Source: an uncultured Phycisphaeraceae bacterium (lineage in GTDB: Bacteria; Planctomycetota; Phycisphaerae; Phycisphaerales; Phycisphaeraceae). Taken from it: 64,000 nucleotides of DNA. The translations under genes were made by a program, and so were the position numbers. A model generated the notes under the pieces. The model saw only the letters and a list, made by a program, of their open reading frames with translations, ran no database searches and had not been told where the DNA came from. The first letter of the stretch is position 1. Each line of letters opens with the position of its first letter. Of this stretch, positions 46,059-53,397 are shown piece after piece. The stretch is taken from positions 12,732 to 76,731 of the forward strand of contig CAYRTH010000002.1 of the NCBI GenBank assembly GCA_964427135.1, given 5' to 3'.

Positions 46059-47714
46059 ATGGCCGAGTTGAAATTGCCCGACAAACTGCCCTCACCACAA
46101 GCGACCCTGCGTCGTTGGCTGGTGCAACCCGGCCAAGCGTTTGCCATGGGCGCAACCTTGGCGGAATTGGAATTGGAAGAGGCGCTGATTCACCTATTCG
46201 CCCAGCAGCCGGGCGCGGTGGGCAAGGCGTTGGTATCACCGGGGCAGACCGTCGCAGCCGGGGCAACCTTGGCGCTGCTTACCACCTCCGAGGGCGGGGG
46301 CACGGTGACTGCGAGCACGGGTCATACATCATCGGTCGTTCATCAACAAACCAATTCGTCAGCGGGGAAGGACAAACCCATGACTCAAAGCTCAGCCGGC
46401 AGTGCAACACCGATTTTGATGCCCCAGGCCGGGAACACGATGGAAGAAGGCCGGGTGCTTGCATGGAAAGTCAAAGAAGGCGACACCATCACGGTCGGCC
46501 AGGTGATTTGTGAAATTGAGACCGACAAGGCGACGATGGAATTTGAATCACCCATCGCTGGCAAGCTGGCCAAAATCGTGGTGCCCGAAGGCGAAGCCGC
46601 CCCGGTGAAAACGCCGATTGCGTTTGTCGGAGAGGGGGACATTTCGAATATCGGATTTCGGATTTCGAATTTGGAAAACAACCCGGCGGCTACCAATCAA
46701 TCAACCCCTGCAGCCGCGGACACACAAACAACCACTTCCGAAAATTCCAATTCCGAAATTCGAAATTCGAAATTCGATGGTCGTCCGAAAATATCACCTG
46801 CCGCTCGAGTCATCGCAGCACAACAAAACCTCGACCCGGCAGCGCTGGCAGCCGTTGGTAACGGTTCAGGGCCGGGCGGTCGGATATTGAGCAGCGATGT
46901 GGCAGGGTTGGCCAGTCGTTTGACCACGCAGGCCACAAGTCAGACACGCCCTCACCCTAATGTGAGCGCAGCGAGCACTCCTACTCTCCCGGAGGGAGAG
47001 GGGACCAAAGCCAAGCCCCCATCTGCGATCACCAGTACCCCCTGGGTCGATGGCATCACGCGCAGGCCGATGTCGAAAATGCGTCGGGCGATCGGTTTGA
47101 ATTTGCAACAATCCAAGCAGACCGTGCCGCATTTTTATGTGCGGCAGACCATTGATGCCCAGCCGTTGATCTCTTATCAAAAAGCCATGAAACAACTGGC
47201 CGGGTGTTCGATCAACGATTGCATTTTGTACCTGCTGGCCCGCACCATGAAATCGTTCCCCGCGTTTCGCAGTCGGCTGGAAGGTGACACGATCGTCGAA
47301 TACGCAGCCGTGAACCTGGGCGTGGCGGTGGGTATCGACGATGGGCTGGTCGTGCCGGTGCTGATGAATGCCGATACTCGATCATTGGCGGATTTATCGG
47401 CTGAAACCAAACGCATCATCGAAAGCGCCCGCAAAGGCAAGCTCGAAAACCTGGGCAAAACCAGTTTCACCGTCAGCAACCTGGGCATGTTCGGCATTGA
47501 GGAATTCGCAGCCATCATCAACCCCCCGGAAGCGGGCATATTGGCCGTGAGCGCCGCCCGTGAAGGCGTGCTGGTGAAGGGCGGAGCACTGCGGGCAGGG
47601 CAGGTGATGACGCTGACGATTTCCGCCGACCATCGCATCGTCGATGGCATGCTGGCGGCCCAGTTCATGGCGGCGTTCAAACTCAACCTCGAAAACCCGG
47701 GCAATGTGGCATGA
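46059..47714 (+). CDS. Dihydrolipoamide acyltransferase (E2) with one degenerate and one canonical lipoyl domain
   Basis: Lipoyl domain 2 carries EIETDKATMEF. A PSBD (SPAARVIAAQQNLDP...GPGGRILSSDV) and a catalytic domain (DHRIVDG) follow. Confidence 0.9.
   Translation: MAELKLPDKLPSPQATLRRWLVQPGQAFAMGATLAELELEEALIHLFAQQPGAVGKALVSPGQTVAAGATLALLTTSEGGGTVTASTGHTSSVVHQQTNSSAGKDKPMTQSSAGSATPILMPQAGNTMEEGRVLAWKVKEGDTITVGQVICEIETDKATMEFESPIAGKLAKIVVPEGEAAPVKTPIAFVGEGDISNIGFRISNLENNPAATNQSTPAAADTQTTTSENSNSEIRNSKFDGRPKISPAARVIAAQQNLDPAALAAVGNGSGPGGRILSSDVAGLASRLTTQATSQTRPHPNVSAASTPTLPEGEGTKAKPPSAITSTPWVDGITRRPMSKMRRAIGLNLQQSKQTVPHFYVRQTIDAQPLISYQKAMKQLAGCSINDCILYLLARTMKSFPAFRSRLEGDTIVEYAAVNLGVAVGIDDGLVVPVLMNADTRSLADLSAETKRIIESARKGKLENLGKTSFTVSNLGMFGIEEFAAIINPPEAGILAVSAAREGVLVKGGALRAGQVMTLTISADHRIVDGMLAAQFMAAFKLNLENPGNVA
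46641..46778. repeat. In-frame inverted-arm element in the E2 lipoyl-PSBD linker
   Basis: Arms are atttcgaatatcggatttcggatttcgaatttgg and ccaattccgaaattcgaaattcgaaattcgat. Translated as ISNIGFRISNLENNPAATNQ...SENSNSEIRNSKFD. Confidence 0.75.
46945..47003. repeat. In-frame copy of the CACGCCCTCACCCT..CTCCCGGAGGGAGAGGG hairpin in the E2 PSBD-catalytic linker
   Basis: The intergenic copy is at 49601-49637. The coding copy carries an internal insertion of about 27 nt and is translated as RPHPNVSAASTPTLPEGEG. Confidence 0.65.
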
Positions 47715-47724
47715 GGTTTTGAAA

Positions 47725-47986
47725 TTTCACCGCAGAGAACGCAGAGAACGCAGAGAAAACAATAAAAAGTACTTCAAGCCAAGATTTGGTGAGATCCATA
47801 CGAAGTAATCGAATCGGAAGACGCCCCAAAAGGATGAAGAAGCACAGATTATGAATAATATTACTCAACGAGGTATAGCAGAGATTCATTTCTATGCTTT
47901 GAACATGACTAATCATCCATGATTGCCCTTGCCATTGATATGAAATTGTTTTTGTCTCTGCGATCTCTGCGATCTCTGCGGTGAAT
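47725..47986. repeat. MITE-like element with GCAGAGAA-word inverted arms and an AT-rich core
   Basis: The left arm tttcaccgcagagaacgcagagaacgcagaga and the right arm tctctgcgatctctgcgatctctgcggtgaat show 2 mismatches in about 30 nt. Lies between E2 and E3. Confidence 0.8.
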
Positions 47987-48024
47987 CTCGGCTCTGTCCT
48001 GCTGCAAAATCAAGAAGCGTGTAA

Positions 48025-49515
48025 ATGAATATGACAAACGATCAATACGACATACTCGTTTTGGGAGCAGGCCCGGGGGGTTATATCGCCGCGCTCAAAG
48101 CAGCGCAACTGGGCGCGAAAGTCGCCATCGTCGAAAAACATCACTTGGGCGGCACGTGCCTGAACTACGGCTGCATTCCGTCCAAGGCACTGCTGGCCAG
48201 TGCGGAGCTTTTGCACGGCATACACCACGCCAGGGACTACGGCATCAGCGTGCCAGCGGGGGTCAGCTTTGACTGGTCCGCGATCCAGCAGCGCAAAGAC
48301 AAAGTGCTTCGTCAACTGCGCGGCGGGATCGGCTCGGCATTCAAAAATCGTGCCGTGACTTTGCTACCGGGATTGGGGCGATTTGATGGGTCGGTCAATC
48401 AGGTGGTGGTGGACCCGACGCAAGCCGACCCCAAACCCCCGGCCACGGGGGCGGGGACTGGTAACCAGCCGGGGTCGCCGTATGCGGTGCAGGCCAAAAA
48501 CGTGATACTGGCGGTGGGCAGTGTGCCGGTGCGTATTCCGGGTTGGCCGGGGGATGTGAATATCGTGTGTACGTCCGACGAGGCGGTGCATTGGAAGAGC
48601 TTGCCGACGAAATTGCTGATTGTGGGCGGGGGGGTGATTGGTTGTGAGTTTGCGTGTCTGATGAATGCGATGGGGGTGCAGGTGACGGTGGTGGAATTGC
48701 TGCCGAGGTTGCTGCCGACGCTGGATGGTGAACTGGGCGCGGGGCTGGAAAAAATATTCAAAGCCCGGGGCATCACGCTGCATCTGCAAACCAAAGTCGA
48801 TGATTTGAAACTCAATGCCGCAGGCACCGGGGCGGTGGCGCAATTGTCGAGCAGCACCAAGCTGGAAGTCGATCGTGTGCTGGTGTGTGTGGGGCGGGCA
48901 CCCAATACCAAAAACCTGGGGCTGGAAACGCTGGGCGTGAACCTGTCGAAAAAGGGGTTCGTACCGGTGGACGACACGATGCAGACCAACAAGCCGGGGT
49001 TGTACTGCATCGGTGACGCCAATGGACGATGCTTGCTGGCTCATGCCGCCAGTGCTCACGGTGTTGCGGCGGTGGAAAACGCCCTGGGGCATGGTCATGG
49101 GTTCACAGCACCGATACCCTCGGCGGTGTACACGTTCCCGGAAGTCGGTGCGGTGGGCTTGTCACAGGAAGAATGTGCTGCTCAGGGGTTACCCGTGTCG
49201 ATTGGTCGATTCCCGCTGGGGTATTTGGGCAAAGCCATGGCTGCGCTACACACCGAAGGGTTTGTGAAGGTGATCAGGCATCGTGAAACCGATGCGATTT
49301 TGGGCGTGCACATATTGGGTCACAATGCCACGGAATACATTGCTGCAGCGGGAACGATGGTGCATCAAAAAGCGAGCGTGCACGACCTGGCGGAAGTGGT
49401 GTTTGCCCATCCGACCTTGAGCGAGGCGATCAAAGAGTCGGCGGAGGATGCGCTGGGCATGGCCCTGCACCTGCCCCCACGGAAGATTCACAAACTCGAG
49501 GCGGTGATGGTGTGA
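48025..49515 (+). CDS. lpdA: Dihydrolipoyl dehydrogenase (E3)
   Basis: Motifs GAGPGGY, GGTCLNYGCIPSK and a C-terminal dimerisation motif HPTLSE. Confidence 0.92.
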   Translation: MNMTNDQYDILVLGAGPGGYIAALKAAQLGAKVAIVEKHHLGGTCLNYGCIPSKALLASAELLHGIHHARDYGISVPAGVSFDWSAIQQRKDKVLRQLRGGIGSAFKNRAVTLLPGLGRFDGSVNQVVVDPTQADPKPPATGAGTGNQPGSPYAVQAKNVILAVGSVPVRIPGWPGDVNIVCTSDEAVHWKSLPTKLLIVGGGVIGCEFACLMNAMGVQVTVVELLPRLLPTLDGELGAGLEKIFKARGITLHLQTKVDDLKLNAAGTGAVAQLSSSTKLEVDRVLVCVGRAPNTKNLGLETLGVNLSKKGFVPVDDTMQTNKPGLYCIGDANGRCLLAHAASAHGVAAVENALGHGHGFTAPIPSAVYTFPEVGAVGLSQEECAAQGLPVSIGRFPLGYLGKAMAALHTEGFVKVIRHRETDAILGVHILGHNATEYIAAAGTMVHQKASVHDLAEVVFAHPTLSEAIKESAEDALGMALHLPPRKIHKLEAVMV

Positions 49516-49534
49516 AGCAAGTGGTCGATTAAAA

Positions 49535-49637
49535 ACCAAGCCGGGAACGAGGCTGACAAGCCGAGGGCCCGGGTATGTGGGTCGATGAATCAACATTAAA
49601 CCACGCCCTCACCCTCTCCCGGAGGGAGAGGGAACCC
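49535..49637. repeat. ACCAAGCCGGGAACGAG...GGGCCCGGGTAT core plus CCCTCTCCC-GGA-GGGAGAGGG hairpin
   Basis: Read directly. The families are shared with 55111-55161 and 46945-47003. Confidence 0.8.
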
Positions 49638-49644
49638 AACCATC

Positions 49645-50925
49645 ATGAACAACTCGTTCACACAAAACTTGTCAGCACTGGGCCACTCCGATGAACTTTG
49701 GCAGGCGGCGCGCGACTTGAAAGCGTTACCCGCCCCACGACCGCATAATGCGCATGTGCATTTGCCCCCGAATTTCAGCGCGTTTACGACGGTGGAGCAG
49801 GCGGTGCAATTGGCACAAGCTCAATCACTGGTCGGGCTGGGCACAGCCAACTATTACGACTACACCGTTTACGATCAGTTTGCCCCACTCGCGCAACAGG
49901 CGGGCGTGTTTCCGCTTTTGGGCCTTGAAATATTGAGCATGGATGATGGGTTGCGTCAGGCAGGCATCAAGGTCAACGACCCGGGCAACCCCGGCAAAGT
50001 GTACCTGTGCGGCAAAGCGATCCAACCTTCAGCCTCACAGTTTTCCGCCAAGGCACGCAACACCATCGAACGCATTCGTCAGGGGGATGCAGAGCGCCTG
50101 GCGCAAATGATCGACAAACTCGAAACTTACCTGAAGCAGCAGGGCACACCCACAGGGCTGAACTATGCCCGCATTGTCAAGCGGGTCGTGGCCCGTCATG
50201 GCTGCCCAGCCCAGACAGTGTTTTTACAGGAACGGCACGTCGCGCAGGCGTTTCAAGAATTATTGTTTGAAAAATTACCAGGCGCCCAACGGCTTGAAAA
50301 ACTCAGCGGATTGCTGGGCGCAACGACCAAAGCCAAGTCGCCCGATGATGCGGTGACAGTGCAGAACGATTTGCGTTCACACCTGCTCAAGGCGGGCAAA
50401 GTGGCGTTTGTGCCTGAACCATTTATTCAACTGGAAGAAGCCCGCGCCCTGGTGCTGGAATTGCGCGGAATACCCGCATACCCCGTGCTGGCGGACGGCG
50501 CTTCGCCCATCTGCCCGTTTGAAGACCCGGTGAGTGCGTGCATTCATGAACTCAAAAAACGCAAATTGCATGCGGTGGAGTTAATCCCTGTACGCAACAG
50601 CCCGCAGGTGTTGTCGCAGTATGTACAGGCGTTTCGCGCTGCGGGGCTGGTTGTGACAGCCGGGACGGAACACAACACCCTCGACTTGCTGCCGATGGCG
50701 CCGACTTGCGTGAAAGGTGCGGCAATCCCCGCGGAAGCGGCGGCTGTGTTCTGGGAAGGGTTTTTGGTACTGGTCGCTCATCAATACCTGACCAGTGTCG
50801 GAGCACCAGGGTTTGTGCAAAGCAGTGGTGAACCGTGTGCTGGTTTTGCGAATGCCGATGAGCGCATCTGCGCGTTTGCAAAATTGGGCGCGGTGGTGTT
50901 GGAAAGGTTTGGGTCAGGGCATTAA
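49645..50925 (+). CDS. Hypothetical protein, possible metal-dependent hydrolase (N-terminal HxH)
   Basis: 426 aa. The segment NAHVHLPPNFSAF near the N-terminus suggests a PHP/amidohydrolase-like metal site. No confident family. Confidence 0.4.
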   Translation: MNNSFTQNLSALGHSDELWQAARDLKALPAPRPHNAHVHLPPNFSAFTTVEQAVQLAQAQSLVGLGTANYYDYTVYDQFAPLAQQAGVFPLLGLEILSMDDGLRQAGIKVNDPGNPGKVYLCGKAIQPSASQFSAKARNTIERIRQGDAERLAQMIDKLETYLKQQGTPTGLNYARIVKRVVARHGCPAQTVFLQERHVAQAFQELLFEKLPGAQRLEKLSGLLGATTKAKSPDDAVTVQNDLRSHLLKAGKVAFVPEPFIQLEEARALVLELRGIPAYPVLADGASPICPFEDPVSACIHELKKRKLHAVELIPVRNSPQVLSQYVQAFRAAGLVVTAGTEHNTLDLLPMAPTCVKGAAIPAEAAAVFWEGFLVLVAHQYLTSVGAPGFVQSSGEPCAGFANADERICAFAKLGAVVLERFGSGH

Positions 50926-51187
50926 CCACGAAGACACGAAGGACACGAAGAAGAAATCAGAAATGATGTGACAAGTTGAAGGCGACAACGCCAAGACGCC
51001 AAGATAGGAAGACGCCAAGAAGAAGGAACCGACCAAGCAAACATGAACAATCAATAGAAAATATTGAGTCAAGAAACGAACTCGATACGGTTGTTCTGTG
51101 AGAAAAAAATAGTTTCTTTCGGTGGCTCGTTTGCTTCTTCGTGTCCTTCGTGTCTTCGTGGCCAACACTCTTCTTGGCGACTTGGCG
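50926..51187. repeat. Tandem-word inverted-repeat mosaic (CACGAAG and GCCAAG words) with a perfect 28-nt inverted repeat
   Basis: A at 50926-50953 is the exact reverse complement of A' at 51134-51161. B at about 50987-51026 pairs with B' at 51168-51187. The element starts 1 nt after the stop codon. Confidence 0.85.
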
Positions 51188-51243
51188 AAAAAAGATCGCA
51201 GAGCAGACCGTTTGCATTTTGCATGAATTAAAGGACTGGAACC

Positions 51244-53271
51244 ATGGCTTGGCCGACGTTTGCAGCAAGTGATGACCCGGTGGAAGTTTTGGTGAAGCTG
51301 TCGCGCTACTACGGCGGTGACGCTGATTTTGTATTGGCGGGGGGCGGCAACACCTCGGTGAAAATCAGCGATCGACTGCACATCAAGGCCAGTGGTTACC
51401 CGTTGGCAACACTCACCCGCGACGGACTGGTCGAACTGGACCGCTCCCGGTTGACAACCTTGCTGCAAAGCGACCTTGGTCATGACCGGTGGCAACGCGA
51501 AGAACGTTTCAAAAGCGCGATCATGGAAAGTCGTATCGATCCTTCGGCGGGTCGTCGGCCTTCGGTCGAGTCGGTGGTGCATCATGTCGTGCCGGGCCAA
51601 TATGTGGTGCATACCCATGCGACCGTGGCCAATGCCTTGACGTGCTGTGTGCAGGGCGAGGCTTTGTGTCGCAAGTGGTTTGGGGAAGCGGTGCTGTGGG
51701 TGCCGGTGGTCGATCCGGGGTTTGTGCTGGCGCAGACGATTCACCAGTTATTGCAACAACGCAGCGATCAGGGCAAAGGTGTGCGTGCCATACTCATGGC
51801 CAATCACGGGCTGATCGTGTCGGGTGATACGCCGCAAATCATTCGTGAAAATACCGACTTTGTGTTGCAAACCATTGGAGCGCACCTGGGGCTGGATTGG
51901 GAACAGGCACTGGGTACCCCCGTGGGCATCGACAGCCCGCGTTTGTTGGTGAACACCATCGCGCCCTTGTTGCGCGGGTTGCTGGCCGACGACGCGAAGT
52001 TGAAAGTGGTTGCTTTCGATGACAGTGACCGGGTGATGCGACTGGTGGGTACAGCGTTGGGTAAACAACTGGTCATGAGCGGGCCGCTGACCCCCGATCA
52101 GATTGTGTATTGCAACAGCTACCCGTTGTGGGTGGAAGTGAACCCCTCAACCGACGCCCCGGCCCTTGCACAACAATTGCGCCAGGCCATTGAGCAACAT
52201 CGTCAAAGCAAAGGCGACCAGCCCAAAGTGGTGCTGGTGGCGGGGCTGGGGCTTTTTGCCATCGGCGATGACCCGGCAGGGGCGGCCACGGTGCGCGAAT
52301 TGTACCTGGATGCGATTCGTATCATGAGCGGGGCGCAGCGACTGGGCGGCGTGCATCACTTACCCGATGACCAACGCAAATTCATCGAAAACTGGGAAGT
52401 GGAAGCGTATCGCAAATCGATCGCCAAATTGAACGCAGGCAAAGTGGGTCGCGCGGCAGGCAAGGTGGCGGTGGTGACCGGGGCAGCCCAGGGTTTTGGG
52501 CTTGAAATCGCGCAATCATTTGCAGGCGAAGGCGGCTGCGTGGTGCTGACGGATTTGAATCACGCAGCGGCGGAGGCAGCGGCAAGTACGTTGTGTGAAA
52601 AACTGGGGCGCGGCAGGGCGATTGCATTACCCATCAACGTGACCGACAGTGCTTCGGTGGCTGAGTGTCTGCATCAGGTGGTGCGAACCTTCGGCGGGTT
52701 TGATGTGTTCATCAGCAATGCTGGGGTGCTCAAAGCCGGCAGCGTGAAAACGCAGGCGGTGAAGGATTTCGATTTTGTCACCGCGGTGAACTACAAGGGT
52801 TACTTCGTCTGCGTGCAGCAGGCAGCCCCGATCATGGGGTTGCAGCGACTGGCGCAGCCGACGTATTTGTCGGACATCATTCAAATCAATTCAAAGTCGG
52901 GTTTGCAGGGCAGCAACAAAAACGGGGCGTATGCGGGCAGCAAGTTCGGGGGTATCGGGCTGACGCAATCATTTGCGCTGGAATTGATTGAGGACGGCAT
53001 CAAGGTGAACTCGATTTGTCCGGGTAATTTTTTCGATGGGCCGTTGTGGAGTGACCCGAACACTGGGTTGTTTGTGCAATACCTGAGGACGGGCAAGGTG
53101 CCGGGGGCGAAAACGATTGAGGACGTGAAAAAGTTTTACGAGGCGAAGGTGCCGATGGGCCGGGGGTGCACGACGCCGGATGTGATGAAAGCGGTGTTTT
53201 ATTTGATGGAGCAGCAATACGAAACCGGGCAGGCGGTGCCCGTCACCGGCGGACAGGTGATGCTGAATTGA
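51244..53271 (+). CDS. Bifunctional class II aldolase/adducin-domain plus short-chain dehydrogenase (RhaEW/YuxG-like)
   Basis: 675 aa. The N-half is aldolase-like (GGGNTSVK, HTHA). The C-half is an SDR (VTGAAQGFG, YAGSKFG). Confidence 0.8.
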   Translation: MAWPTFAASDDPVEVLVKLSRYYGGDADFVLAGGGNTSVKISDRLHIKASGYPLATLTRDGLVELDRSRLTTLLQSDLGHDRWQREERFKSAIMESRIDPSAGRRPSVESVVHHVVPGQYVVHTHATVANALTCCVQGEALCRKWFGEAVLWVPVVDPGFVLAQTIHQLLQQRSDQGKGVRAILMANHGLIVSGDTPQIIRENTDFVLQTIGAHLGLDWEQALGTPVGIDSPRLLVNTIAPLLRGLLADDAKLKVVAFDDSDRVMRLVGTALGKQLVMSGPLTPDQIVYCNSYPLWVEVNPSTDAPALAQQLRQAIEQHRQSKGDQPKVVLVAGLGLFAIGDDPAGAATVRELYLDAIRIMSGAQRLGGVHHLPDDQRKFIENWEVEAYRKSIAKLNAGKVGRAAGKVAVVTGAAQGFGLEIAQSFAGEGGCVVLTDLNHAAAEAAASTLCEKLGRGRAIALPINVTDSASVAECLHQVVRTFGGFDVFISNAGVLKAGSVKTQAVKDFDFVTAVNYKGYFVCVQQAAPIMGLQRLAQPTYLSDIIQINSKSGLQGSNKNGAYAGSKFGGIGLTQSFALELIEDGIKVNSICPGNFFDGPLWSDPNTGLFVQYLRTGKVPGAKTIEDVKKFYEAKVPMGRGCTTPDVMKAVFYLMEQQYETGQAVPVTGGQVMLN

Positions 53272-53285
53272 TGGAGTATGTGCAC

Positions 53286-53360
53286 TGACGCCGAGGGCTT
53301 TAGCCCCGGATTGTTTTGAATGTCGCCGATGCCCATCCGGCCCTGAAAGGCTCGGCGTCA
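53286..53360. repeat. Palindromic element, TGACGCCG...CGGCGTCA family (reverse orientation)
   Basis: TGACGCCGAGGGCTTTAGCCCCGGAT...ATCCGGCCCTGAAAGGCTCGGCGTCA. Confidence 0.9.
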
Positions 53361-53397
53361 ACAGCGTCATGAATGGTTCGAAAATGTCCGACACGCG

